DNA of 64,000 nucleotides from Octopus vulgaris (GCA_951406725.2 OX597816.1:132990001-133054000); one strand, 5' to 3'. Numbered from the stretch's first letter, positions 1-12,739 are shown. Notes: generated by a model not told the origin, from the sequence alone. Translations and numbers: made by a program.

Positions 1-195
1 TATTTATATTTACTTATACATATTGTACTTATTGTATCATATTACTCATTGATGTGCATTGTTTTGTTCTGTACTATTATGCTTGACTTTGATGTTCATA
101 TGTAGTGGGTTAACAAATTATGTGATTGGGTATTATCTGGTAGTTGATTATAGATTAAGGTGTATTTCTCCATTTTCTTATTTTGTATATATACA

Positions 196-228
<33 letters not shown>

Positions 229-230
229 GT

Positions 231-363
<133 letters not shown>

Positions 364-497
364 GTACTGGACAGACCCTGAACAAAGCTGGACAGAAAAT
401 CATGCCCGTTTGCAGCAGCTCATAATAACCATAAAAATATGCCGTATGAAATTGTAAAATAAAAGGAAATAAATTTGTTATAATTGTTGCTAATACA

Positions 498-1160
498 TAG
501 GCACAGGAGTGGGTGTGTAGTAAGTAGCTTGCTTACCAACCACATGGTTCCAGGTTTAGTCCCACTGTGTGGCACCTTGGGCAAGTGTCTTCTACTATAG
601 CCTTGGGCCAACCAAACCTTGTGAGTGGATTTGGTAGATGGAAACTAAAAGAAGCCCATCATATGTTTGTTTGTGTGTATGTGTGTTGTTTGTTCCTTCT
701 CGAGCCATGCCTGGCTCATAAGGGCCGATTTCTCGGTTTCTTGGTGTATAGGTTCCCCACCTGGATGGGATGCCGGTCCGTTACAGGTGAGCTGCAAGAT
801 GCAGGAGGAAAGAGTGAGAGAAAGTTGTGGCAAAAGAGTCAGCAGAGGTTCGTCATTACTTTCTGCCAGAGCTGCGTGGAGCTTAGGTGTTTTGCTCATA
901 AACACACACACCACCTGGTCTGAGATTCGAACACGCAATCCCTCGACGAGTCCGCTGCTCTAACCACTAGGCCATGTGCCTCCACCATGTGTGTGTGTGT
1001 GTGTATGTATCTATATGTTTGTGACAACAGATGTTCGGCAAAAGAGACTAATAGAATAATTACTAGGCTTACAAAGAATAAGTCCTGGGGTTGATTTGTT
1101 CAATTAAAAATGCAGTGTTCCAGCATGGCCACAGTCAAACGACTGAGAAGAATAAAAGAA
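498..1160 (+). mobile_element. SINE family A (tRNA-like head, CCTTGGGCAAG core, internal TG repeat, CR1-like tail), interrupted by a family B SINE
   Basis: Head aggcacaggagtgggtgtgtagtaag...ggttccaggtttagtccc, core caccttgggcaagtgtcttc, tail ccagcatggccacagtcaaacgactgagaagaataaaagaa; many copies in the window. Confidence 0.75.
693..985 (-). mobile_element. tRNA-derived SINE family B nested in a family A SINE
   Basis: Minus strand begins gtggaggcacatggcctagtggttagagc (A box) ... gtgttcgaatctc (B box); related to copies at 23213 and 56079. Confidence 0.8.
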
Positions 1161-1269
1161 TATATATTTATGTACATACACACACACAACTATATATATT
1201 CATATGTATGTGTATATGTTTGTATCTATGTGTGTGCATGGCTCATTGGTGTGAATGCATGTACTTGTT

Positions 1270-1520
1270 TATGTCGCCAAGTCTTGACAAATGATATGAG
1301 TTGTAAGCAAGTGACATCCTCATGTGAGTACTGTCCTTCATTTCCAGTATTCTGTTCATGCGTGTAAACAAGGGATAATATCATTTCACTTGCTAACAGG
1401 CGCTGATTGGTGACAGGAAGGGCATCTGGCTGTAGAAAATCTGCTTTAATGAATACTGCCTGACTCACGAAAGCATGGGAAAATGGATGTTAAAATGATG
1501 ATGATGATGAAGAGGATGAG
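1270..1520 (+). mobile_element. Short retroposon with RTE-type 3' tail ending in (ATG)n
   Basis: aggaagggcatctggctgtagaaaatc...gcatgggaaaatggatgttaaaatgatgatg; similar copies at ~34640-34870 (+) and ~41580-41810 (-). Confidence 0.6.
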
Positions 1521-1582
1521 TTGATAATGATATAAGCACAAACAAAAGTACAGAAATATACACACTTATGTATACATGAGTA

Positions 1583-1625
<43 letters not shown>

Positions 1626-1755
1626 ATATATATATATATATGTATATAATGGTTCACTTTCATTCTCTCTCTCTCTCTCTCTCTCTGCCATGATAGATCG
1701 TTAGCTCCTACATGCATTTTTTTCTCTCCTTGTTTCTCTTGTTTTTTTCTGTGTA

Positions 1756-1793
1756 TCTTTCTGTCGAAGAGCGTAGGCTCGAAACGTAAAAGA
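1756..1793 (+). ncRNA. Hammerhead-like motif (type I minimal, non-canonical core CUGUCGA) in a probable PLE terminal repeat (~1685-1885)
   Basis: tcttt-CTGTCGA-a-gagc(gtag)gctc-GAAA-c-GTA-aaaga: stems I and II pair, but core position 6 is U instead of A. Confidence 0.5.
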
Positions 1794-2083
1794 CCTTTTC
1801 TATTTCTATTCCTGAGCGCTATACTAATACATTTGTTTGTTTGTACTCCACCTGCCTTCGTCTTATTTTCGTAAACTTTCCCTTTATATATATATATAAT
1901 ACAGTTCTATATTTAAGAGATGAGGCTTAGAAAGAAAAAAACAAGTACTGGAGACAATTCATTTGACTAAAATTCTTCAAGGTGGTGGCCCAGCATGGCC
2001 ACAGTTTAATGATTGAAACAAGTAAGAGATTAAAGATAAAAGGTGTATATAGTATATAATATATATATGTATGTATATATATA

Positions 2084-2126
<43 letters not shown>

Positions 2127-2147
2127 GTATATATATATATATATATA

Positions 2148-2290
2148 AGGGCATCCAGCCGTAGAAACACTGCCAAATCTGACTGGGCCTGATGAAGCCT
2201 TCCGGCTTCACAGACCCCAGTTAAACCGTCCAACCCATGCTAGCATGGAAAACGGACACTAAATGATGATGATGATGATGATGATGATGA
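2148..2290 (+). mobile_element. Short 3' fragment of the young RTE family, inserted in (TA)n
   Basis: Near-identical to the reverse complement of 5019-5157; ends in (ATG)n. Confidence 0.85.
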
Positions 2291-2782
2291 TAGCATATAT
2301 ATCTATATATATATATATATATATATAGAGCATATATATATATTATATAATATATGTATAGTATATGATATATAATATATATGTATATATGTATTTATCC
2401 AGTGTGATTTAAGAAATGCAGTGGAGTGAAAATTTTCTAAATATGATGATAAGCCTTCACTCTATATTGTCTATAGATAATAGTCTAATATTGGGGCATA
2501 TAAACCTGTGATGAATGCCCATTTTTCTCCATTGTGGGTTTGTATACCCTAAAATTAGATTATTTTCTATAGTCGGGAGAGGGAGCTCATCAGGACCAGG
2601 TTGTGTTAGGAGGGTCACTTCAGCCCAGGGCAGAAACACAGCAAGCAAATGACACCGTGTTGAGCAATAGTGGGATTACATCTGTGAATAGTCATTGGCT
2701 AGCAGCCTGTTCAATACAACTGAACACCAATCTAATTTAAAAACCCTATAAACAGGCCTTCCCCAGTAATATATATATATAT

Positions 2783-2837
<55 letters not shown>

Positions 2838-2856
2838 TACATACATACATACACTT

Positions 2857-2912
<56 letters not shown>

Positions 2913-3434
2913 GATGGCCTTCCACAGTTTTCACTGAGTAAATTCTGTTCATAAGATGATTGATCAACTCGCTTTAGTGCTGTCCATTTAGTTTGAACCA
3001 GGAACCCCAGCTTCAAAATTCCATGCAGTACTTAATGCTAAATATATTGACCATTCAATTTCTATTGAGTGGGCAGCAAAAATCTTGAAATTTCTTAGCA
3101 ACAGTATTAATAACCAAACCACAACACTTGCAGCTATTGCTGCTGTTGTTGCTGCTGTTGTTGCTACCACTGTCACCACCACCACCACCTCCACCACCAC
3201 CACCACCACCAGCACTATTTCTAATCAAACTAGCCAAGTATAAATGTTTGATTCACTATTTAGCTTACATGTAGGCAGTAAACAATTTATATATTTGGCA
3301 GTATATGTTCACCACATACACCATACAAACTGTCTAAATATATTTATGTATTTATTTATAATGTTAAACACATACACACATATATTTTTCATTGTATATG
3401 AGTGAGTGTGTGGGGGAGAGTGTATACGTGTGTA

Positions 3435-3822
3435 TCTCTCTATATATAAACGGCAGTTTGTCTGTGCGTGTTTCTGTGTGTCTGTTTTCTCGTACCCTCA
3501 CCCTGACCACGGCTTTCAACCGATTCTGATGAAACTTGACACACGCATAGCCCAATGTCATAATTCAAAACTAACGCAGCGAAAATTTTGAAAAGTTCCC
3601 CCAGTTCTGAAAAAAATCGATAAATTCGACATGGGGTCGAGAATAAAAAAAAACAAACCACAGACTGTCTAGGGGACGCAACTCAACCTTTTTTTACTCT
3701 CAAAAAAAAATTTACCATCATTTTTTTTTCCATTTTTTTGCTATTTTTTGGCTATAACTCTCTAAAGATGCTTTATAGTTATTTCCCTTACAAACCTGAG
3801 CAACGCCGGGCGATACTGCTAG
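3435..3822 (+). mobile_element. Non-autonomous Helitron
   Basis: A|TC 5' end (tctctctatatataaa), imperfect subterminal hairpin cctgagcaacgccggg at 3795-3810, CTAG|T 3' end, no TSD. Confidence 0.75.
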
Positions 3823-4175
3823 TTATGTTATAAATAGGAGGTGGTTGAGTTTGACATACCTTCTAACTTCTAAAAAAAAAAGTAGCTGTCTCCAGCTTAT
3901 TTCTCCTCTTCAACTTTTCCTTGAAAAAGGACTATGTCTGAAATACTGAATTTTCCATTCCTTAGAATAAGTTCACTGAATTCTTTTCATCAATTTTACT
4001 ATAAAATATGTCTTGCTGACGCAGACCAACACCAACACCAACATATATATATCTGTTTGTTGATCTACCTGTTTGTCTGTCTGTCTGTCTGTCTGCCTGT
4101 CTACCTGCCTGTCTGTCTGCCTGTCTGTCTGCCTGTCTGATTGTCTGTTTGTATTTATGTCTGTCTATTTATTTA

Positions 4176-4225
<50 letters not shown>

Positions 4226-4524
4226 TGTGTGGTGGGATGGAATGGGGTGCATGTGTGTGTTTGGGTAAATGCCTAAACATTGTGCTTGTATGAAAGTATT
4301 GAATTCAAAACAGTCCTTGTCAACATAACTGATACCTTACTTGAAGGACGAAATAAGAATTAGTGACGGGGAGTTATTTTGTTACGAACCAATGCCTCAA
4401 TAATATGCATTCATTTGACTCATTCTGGCATGGATAAAAATGAACATAAAATGAATAGCTGTATATATCTTTATATATATTGAATTGAATTGAATATATG
4501 TATAATTTCATTTTTATCTTTTAT

Positions 4525-4710
4525 CTTTTACTTGTTTCAGTCATCAGACTGTGGCCATGCTGGGGTACCACCTTGAAGAAGTTTTAGTCGAATGAATAAA
4601 CCCCAAGACATCTTTTTAAGCTTGGTACTAATTTTATTGGTCTGTTTTGCTGAACTGTTAAATTATGGGGACATAAACATGCCAACACCAGTTGTCAAGT
4701 GGTGGCAGGA

Positions 4711-4764
<54 letters not shown>

Positions 4765-4783
4765 TACATACACACACACACAC

Positions 4784-4815
<32 letters not shown>

Positions 4816-4985
4816 GTATACATTGGGCTTCTTTTCAGTTTCTGTCTACCAAGTCCATTCACAAGGCTTTTTGTCTCCCTGAGGCTAGAAAAGAAGACAC
4901 TCGCTCAAGGTGCTACTCAGTGGGACTGAACATGGAACGATGTAGATAAAAAACAAGCTTCTTACCACACAGTCATGACTGCACT

Positions 4986-4988
<3 letters not shown>
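4525..4988 (-). mobile_element. SINE family A, full length
   Basis: Reverse complement of the family A head, core and tail with an internal (CA)n. Confidence 0.75.
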
Positions 4989-5018
<30 letters not shown>

Positions 5019-5020
<2 letters not shown>

Positions 5021-7936
5021 ATCATCATCATCATCATCGTTTAGCGTCCGTTTTCCATGCTAGCATGGGTTGGACGGTTCTACTGGGGTCTGTGAAGCCA
5101 GAAGGCTTCATCAGGCCCAGTCAAATCTGGCAGTGTTTCTACGGCTGGATGCCCTTCCTAACGCCAACCACTCCGTGAGTGTAGTGGGTGCTTTTTACGT
5201 GCCACCCGCACTGGTGCCAGACAGAGCTGGCAAACGGCCACGAACGGATGGTGCTTTTTATGTGCCACTGGCACGAGGGCCAGGCGAGGCTGGCAACGGA
5301 CACGAAACGGGGCGGTGCTGGCAACGGTGCGAAACGGAAAGTTCTCTTACATGCCACCGGCACTGGTAACACATCTGCAATTTCCATTGATCGATTTCCA
5401 TTGATCGATTTCGATTCTGATCCTCACTTGCCTCAACGGGTCTTCACAAGCAGAGTTTTGACATGCCACCGGCACTGGTAGCACATCCGCAATTTCCATT
5501 GATCGATTTCGATTCTGATCCTCACTTGCCTCAACACGTCTTCACAAGTAGAGTTTTGTGTCCCAAGAAGGGAAGGTATGCATACGTAGGCCGGCTCCAT
5601 CCCATGTAGAAGGCCACGGGTTATGGACTCACTTGTCCTGCCGGGTCTTCTCGCGCACAGCACACTTCCAGAGGTCTCGGTCTCTAGTCATTTCCTCAGT
5701 GAGACCTAAAGTTCGAAGGTCGTGCTTCACCACCTCGTCCCAGGTTTTCCTGGGTCTGCCTCTTCCACAGGTTCCCTCAACCGCTAGGGTGTGGCACTTT
5801 TTCACACAACTATCTTCATCCATTCTCGCCACATGACCATACCAGCGCAAACATCTCTCTTGCACACCACAACTGATGCTTCTTAGGTCCAGCTTTTCTC
5901 TCAAGGTACTTACACTCTGCCGAGTGTGAGTACCGGCATTACACATCCATCGGAGCATACTGGCTTCATTTCTAGCGAGCTTACGCATATCCTCAGCAGT
6001 CACGGCCCATGTTTCACTGCCATGTAGCATGGCTGTTCGTACACACGCATCATACAGTCTGCCTTTCACTCTGTGCGAGAGGCCTTTTGTCACCAGCAGA
6101 GGTAAGAGCTCTCTGAACTTTGCCCAAGCTATTCTTACTCTAGCAGTTACACTTTCAGCACACCCGCCCCCGCTGCTGACTTGGTCACCTAGGTAATGGA
6201 AACTATCAACTATTTCTAGTTTTTCTCCCTGGAAAGTGACGGAAGTTGGTCTCAGAGCATTTTCAGTGTTTATTGTTCCTGAGCATCTGCCACATACAAA
6301 AACCATCTTCCTAGTTAGCCTTCCTTTGACATTGCTGCATCTCTTATGTGTCCATAGCTTACACTTGGTGCATCTTATAGAGTTTCTACCTACACCTTTT
6401 CTACAGATCGAGCAGGGCCATCTACCTGAAGGTGTTTGTGATTTGTCTACCTTCCTACTGATTACGACTTTGGTTTTAGCTAGATTGACTCTGAGGCCCT
6501 TCGATTCTAATCCTTGTTTCCACACCTGAAACTTCTCCTCCAGTTCTGATAGCGACTCAGCAATTAGAGCAAGGTCATCAGCATAGAGGAGCTCCCAAGG
6601 GCATCCTATCTTGAATTCCTCCGTTATTGCCTGGAGGACTATGATAAATAGGAGGGGGCTGAGTACTGAGCCTTGGTGGACTCCTACCTCTACCCAGAAT
6701 TCTTCACTGTACACATTTCCAACCCTCACCCAACTAGCGGCGTCCCTATACATGGCCCGCACAGCTCTCACTAACCATTCATCTATCCCTAGTTTCCTCA
6801 TTGCCCACCAGATAAGGGATCGGGGGACCCTGTCGAAGGCTTTCTCCATATCAACAAAAGCCAGGTACAGGGGCTTATCTTTGGCTAGGTATTTCTCCTG
6901 CAGCTGCCTTACCAGGAATATAGCATCAGTAGTACTTTTCCCTGGCACAAACCCAAACTGCATCTCATCTAAACTAACTCTCTCTCTAATTAGTTGGGCT
7001 ATGACCCTCTCCGTAACCTTCATCACCTGGTCCAACAGCTTGATACCTCTGTAGTTATTTGTATCTAGGGCATCACCTTTACCTTTGTAGCAGTTGACTA
7101 TTATACTGCTACACCAGTCATTGGGTATGACCCCTTTGTGTATCACCTGATTAACTATACGGGTGACTAGGCTATAGCCGACACTACCAGACATTTTGAG
7201 CATCTCTGCAGTGATTCCTGATGGGCCTGGGGCTTTCCCTGTCTTCATGCTTCTAATTGCCTTAGCTACCACGGAACTATCAACTCGGATAGCTGGTCCC
7301 TCTGTTGGGTCAACATTCGGCAGACTCTCTTTATCCCATTCATTTTCTTCATTCAGCAACCTTTCATAGTGGCATCTCCAAACCTCTCTCTTTGCATCCT
7401 CATTTAGCGCAAGTGAACCATCTTCCATGCGAACACACTTCTCTCCTACCACATCACGATTCTCTCTCACACACTGTCTTGCAACACGAAACACCTCCAG
7501 TCTTTGGTCCTCACGGCGCAGAACATTGGCAAATTTTTTCTTATCTGCTTCCCCTCTGGCTAAATAAACCTGTCTCCTAGCTTCTCTTTTGGCAGTCTGA
7601 TACAATCCCCTGCTACCCCCATTTTTCCAGACCTTCCAAGCCTGTCTCTTTTCTCTAATAGCCCTGTCTACAATATTGTTCCACCACCACGTTATTCTAG
7701 GTCGAGAGGGGACTTTGCACCAGCCACAGATCTGGTCAGTGGCTCTCAGCAGGTTGTCCCTTAGAAACGTCCAGCTGTCTTCTACCCCCTGTGATGCTCT
7801 ATCCCCTTCTACTTCGTCAGAGGCTTCAAGTAATATGTCCCTAAATCTCTGTCCATTTGCAGGATCTTTAAGCTTCCAGATCCTTCTTCTCCATATTTGT
7901 CGTCTTCTGGTTGTCCTCCTAGTCCTGATCCTAAAG

Positions 7937-7941
<5 letters not shown>
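5019..7941 (-). mobile_element. Young 5'-truncated RTE-clade LINE with 3' UTR and (ATG)n tail, flanked by (TA)n on both sides
   Basis: Intact RT ORF plus ~600 bp 3' UTR ending ccgtccaacccatgctagcatggaaaacggacgctaaac(gat)n. Confidence 0.95.
5629..7941 (-). CDS. RTE LINE ORF2, partial: reverse transcriptase with an inserted PHD-type zinc finger; endonuclease lost by 5' truncation
   Basis: About 770 codons without a stop; motifs KAPGPSG, NYRGIKLL, QFGFVPG, FVDMEKAFD, GVHQGSVLSP, LLYADD, FHYLG, RGRPRKTW. The track extension to 8106 is read-through of (TA)n. Confidence 0.92.
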
Positions 7942-7998
<57 letters not shown>

Positions 7999-9949
7999 AA
8001 AATACAAAATGGGACAATAACGCAAAACATCCAGACAGCTAGGTGCGACAAAAAGGGACAACAAAACATCCAGATAGACGATACAACGAAAACAAGGATG
8101 GGTCATTCAGAGTTTTCTTTCCTCAGATATATATATATATCAGATACTACCATCCAATGAAAATGGATCACTTCACTGATGATGTACTGATTCAATGCAT
8201 TATTTCATATATTATATGATAATATTCTAGCAATAAAGTTCTGGTAAAGTGTTGATGAAACAATTGTAGAATTTAGCAATAAAATGCGTTGCTCACTTCA
8301 TTCTCCTTGTTAAAGTTTATAATATAAAACAGTTTATTATGTTGAGCTCCTCTGCATCAGAAAGGCAATAAAATGTCAATAAAATTGGTATCAGTCTTAA
8401 ATAGGTACCTTGATAGGGATGGGGGGGGGGCTCTAGATTGACCACACTCAAGATTGCAAAACCAGCAGAAGAATTAAAGAATATACAATGCTGTCCTAGT
8501 ACTTTGTATCTTATCTACCTCCTACTTATTTATTCTGTTCATTCTTATCCCTTTCATTATCATCTCATATATATGTGTTTGTACATATATGTGCGTATGT
8601 ATATTGTGTGTGAGTATGAGTGTGTTTTTTTAATGTTTCTGGATGTTGAAGTATGCTGTGTGTTTTATTTCTGCGTATGTTTATGCTTCTATATAGTTTT
8701 GTATGTTTCGTGAGCTTTTTTTTTTATGTGTTTGTGTGTCGATGTATGTGTGTCTATGTGTGACTACGTGCTTCTACACGTATTTTATACTTGTTTGAGT
8801 TGTATATGCATCTATGTGTTTGTCAATATATTTGTGTGTGTGCATCTATATGTATTAGTATTTGAGTGTGTTTGCAAGTGTAATTACATGGTTTTATGGG
8901 TATGTGCATGTAAGCGCACATATCAATATATTTGTCAGTATATATATGTATGTGAGCATATGTATAAGCATGTGTGTGAGAGTATGTGTGTTTGTAAGTA
9001 TATTAAAATATGTATGTGTTTGTGCTTACTAGCATATATATGCATATAGGTGAATGTGGGTATGTTTGAGTGCAAAATCTTCTGAAATGATCTTCAAGTG
9101 TATTGAAGAAAAAAAATTTTTTTAATTTTGACTATTAATTCTATTATTATAAAAGATTAAGAACAAAAGTTATCCAAATGATTTTGTTATATCCTGGTAA
9201 ACAGAAGCAGACATTTTAAAGAATTGATTATTCCATATTCTATTTTTGGTAGTAAAATCTATAAATTGTACTATGTTGTTCTTTAGCCCCAGTTCAGTAC
9301 TGATTGAGTAGACCAATGATTAAAAGCTTTCCAATCACAGGCATCCTACCTTTTTCCTATGAGCAAGGATGTTCTTTCCAATACAGCAGGATGTGACTTG
9401 TAGGAGATTAGGCTGCTATTTCTAGAAGGTTGGACAACCACATAGAGGGACCCTCAGTGTCACCCATCTCTCATCAGAAGCTTCATAGGCTTCCATATGT
9501 GGCAATGTGCCACCTCCTAGGCAACAGTCATTTGTACACCAAAGTGAAGATAGCACCTGAGTTTTAAACTCCTGTGAAATTCTTTAACCCTTGTACTGTG
9601 AAAATCAGATACATCCACAACAAACTTCCTTATCCTTAACTGCAGAAAGCAGTTTCATATATCAGTCTATATTTTGTTGAAGAATGTCTTATTTGAAACT
9701 ATATTTTGTTGTGATATGTCAAATTTATTGAGGCAAAATGACTTGCAGAAAATAGTTCTAGTTTTTGGTAGATATTTAACATCATTACTGGAATAACCAC
9801 AAAATTTAATTTTGCAGTTAAAGTGTTAAGGACCTTGCATACAAGAAGACTGTATTTCTAGCAGACTCCACCAGAGAAACCTAATCATCGGTGCCCATGT
9901 TTTAACAGGCAAAAAGTCAATATCCTGTAACATTAATGTGGGTGCAAAA

Positions 9950-10160
9950 GGCAGCGAGCTGGCAGAAATGTTAGCATGGAGTGCAAAAAGCTTAGTAGCA
10001 TTTTGTCTGTCTTTACATTCTGAGTTCAAATTCTGCTTTGGTTGACTTTGCCTTTCATCCTTTCAGTGTCAATAAATTAAGTACCAGTTGCATACTGGAG
10101 TCAATCTAATCGACTGACCCCCCTTCCCCAAATTTCAGGCCTTGTGCCTAGAATAGAAAA
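9950..10160 (+). mobile_element. SINE family C (Nin-like central domain)
   Basis: ggcagcgagctggcagaaatgttagc head, gagttcaaattc B box, gactttgcctttcatcctttc...aattaagtaccag domain; other copies near 18212, 28400, 37090, 61045 and 63770. Confidence 0.7.
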
Positions 10161-10289
10161 GATTAATGTGGGTGCATAACTTTGAGTAAGGTGAGGCATG
10201 TATCAGACCTAGTTATTGCATTATATGTATCCCTTGTATATCTCCAGTCATCTCAGTCTTTAGAATAGTAAATAACATAAGAGAATTAA

Positions 10290-11979
10290 TTAGCTGTAGC
10301 ATGAAGAAATAGAAAGTAGATGTCTACTCAGGTAACACACTGTTAGGGAAAGTTAATATCAAAGGAGGAATTTTCCAGGGATCTCGTTGTCCCCTTTAAT
10401 ATTTATCCTATGTCTGATCCCTTCAGTTTAGTATTAAGGAAAGCAAAGGCAAGGTATCAATTCAGAAATAATAAGGGAAAAATTAACCATTTGCTCTACA
10501 TGAATGATCTGAAGCATTTTAGTAAGAATGAAAAAGAGATAGATTCCTTAATATAAACTGTAAGACTCTTCAACAAAGATATAGGCATGAAATTAGGCAT
10601 AGATAAGTGTGTAATATTAGTCATGAGAAGGGGACAGGTAGTCAACAATAAAGGTATCTCATTACCAGGATCATTGAAAGGAGGAATGAGCTATAAGTAT
10701 CTAGGAATATTAGAATCTGACAAGGTACTAACTACAGAAATGAAAACGAAAACTGAGGAGGACATCAGAAGGGTGAGGAAGCTAATAAAGTCAAAGCTTA
10801 ATGGTCCGAATCTGGTGAAGGCTGTAAATACTTGGGCAGTATCATTACTTAGATACTCAGCAGCTTTTGTAGATTGTACAATATAAATGGAGGTCTCCAC
10901 CCAAGGGCAGGAGTAGCAAGATTGTACCTACCTAGAAAGGAAGGGAGAAGAGGGTTAATATCTGCAGAAAACTGCATAGAGTTAGCTTGAGTAGATATAG
11001 ACTCCTATGTAGGTAATAATAAAGAAAGTTTTTTTAAAAGCTGCTAGAGTCACAGCAAGACATAGGGAAACCAAAAACCCAAACAAAGTTAAAAAACCAG
11101 AAAAAAGAACAGAAATTATCTGACTGGCAGGAGAAGGTGTTGCATGGTAGATTCCCAAAGATAGTTGCAGCAAATAGTAGTAGTAAGACATAGTTATGGT
11201 TGCAGAAAGTAAAGCTGAAGGAGACAGAAAGTTTGTTAGTAGCTGCACAAGATCAAGCATTAAGGACTAATTGGATAAAAGCCAAGATAGACAAAAACCA
11301 AGTAGATTCCCATTGTAAATTATGCAAACCAAAAGAGGAAAGCATTACTCATGCTGTAAGTGAATGTAGCATGATGGCACAGTAAGGATACAACAAAAGA
11401 TATGACAATCTAGAGAGAGTAATCCACTGGGAGCCAAGTAGAAAGCTAGGATTTGAACATACTGATAAATGGTATGAACATGAACCTAGTAAAGTACTAG
11501 AAAGTAAGAAATATAAGATGTGGGATTTCAACATTCAGACTGATAGAGTAATAGAAGCTCGAAGGCCTGATTTGGTAGTAGTAGATAAAGACAATAGAAT
11601 GCGCCAAATAATTAACTTTATTGTTCCAAATGATGAAAATATTAATATGAAAACTATAGAAAAATAGCAAAGTACCAGGAACTAGCTACTGAATTACAGA
11701 GACTATGGAAAGTGCGGGTAAAATGTATCCCAGTGGTTATAGGTGTATTGGGAACTATCTCTAAAGATCTGAACAGATGGATAGAGGAAATAGGCGTAAA
11801 ACCCAGTTTAGTACAGCTCCAGAAAACAGTGTTATTAGGAACAGCTAGGATACTTTGGAGGGTTCTTGGCATCTAAGGTAACTTGCTGTAACCCAATAAG
11901 AGGGTTCTTGGCATCAACTTGTAGCTCAATATTAGGATTTTTTTCTTTTCCAACAGTTTAATCTGTTGAGTGTATATGA

Positions 11980-12027
<48 letters not shown>
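10290..12027 (+). mobile_element. Degenerate R4/Dong-like RLE-type non-LTR retrotransposon with (AAT)n tail
   Basis: Frameshifted GIFQG, INHLLYMNDLK, YKYLGILE, AAQDQALRT, zinc knuckle CKLC...ESITHAVSEC, RLE motif WDFNIQTDRVIEARRPDLVVVD. Confidence 0.88.
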
Positions 12028-12028
<1 letters not shown>

Positions 12029-12683
12029 GACAAGAAACAATAAATCATATCTCTGGCTGCCCAGTCCTGGCTAAGAAGGAATATATTCACAGACATGACA
12101 GAGTTGGGACCTACATACACTGGAAGCTATGCTAACATTATGGAATAACAACAGAAAATAGATGGTATAGGCACACACCAGAAAAGGTCACAGAAAACGA
12201 GAAAGCAACCATACTCTAGGATATGCCAATACACACAGATAGAGAAATTAAGGTCAATAGGCCAAATATAGTTGTCAGAGATCATGAAGAAAACAAATGC
12301 TTTCTAATTAATGCATTCTAATTAATGTATCAATACCAGCAGATGACAACGTGTCTCTAAAAGAGATGGAGAAACTTTCAAAATACAAAGACATGGGAAT
12401 AGAGATAACTCGAATGTGAAGTCTAAAAACAGAAACAATTCCTATCATAGTAGGCACATTAGGTATGATAAAAAATATTCCGACAAATATATAACAAAAA
12501 TACCAGGACTTACATATACATATAACATACAGAAAATTGCACTACTGGGCACTGCACACATCCTACGCAAAACACTTTCAATACAGTAACCATCAGAGCA
12601 TCACAGCAAATCACAGCACATACCCAAGGCACAGAGAGCTGCGCTCGGTAGTGAAGTGAAAGCACGCTATAAAAATGAAACTA

Positions 12684-12731
<48 letters not shown>
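12028..12731 (+). mobile_element. Second R4/Dong-like element (3' part) between two (AAT)n tracts
   Basis: ETINHISGCPVLAKKEYIHRHDRVG, DMPIHTDREIKVNRPNIVV, IQKIALLGTAHILRK; ends in (AAT)n. Confidence 0.85.
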
Positions 12732-12739
12732 TTCTAATA

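Noticed and set aside
940-985. tRNA-like A/B boxes here and at other SINE heads
   Set aside because: No full cloverleaf; these are SINE heads, not tRNA genes
2186-2216. CTGATGA followed by a hairpin in the RTE tail
   Set aside because: No GAAA/UH box or stem I; it is the tgaagcc/ggcttca stem-loop of the RTE 3' UTR
2573-2740. Open frame after an acceptor-like ttattttctatag
   Set aside because: No recognisable protein similarity and no partner exons
7942-8106. N-terminal extension of the 825-aa ORF
   Set aside because: Read-through of (TA)n (poly-YI) into an unrelated repeat; not part of the RTE protein
8098-8126. Minus-strand CTGAGGA-AA-GAAA
   Set aside because: No stem II, and the stem I side is truncated by (TA)n; cannot be supported as a hammerhead
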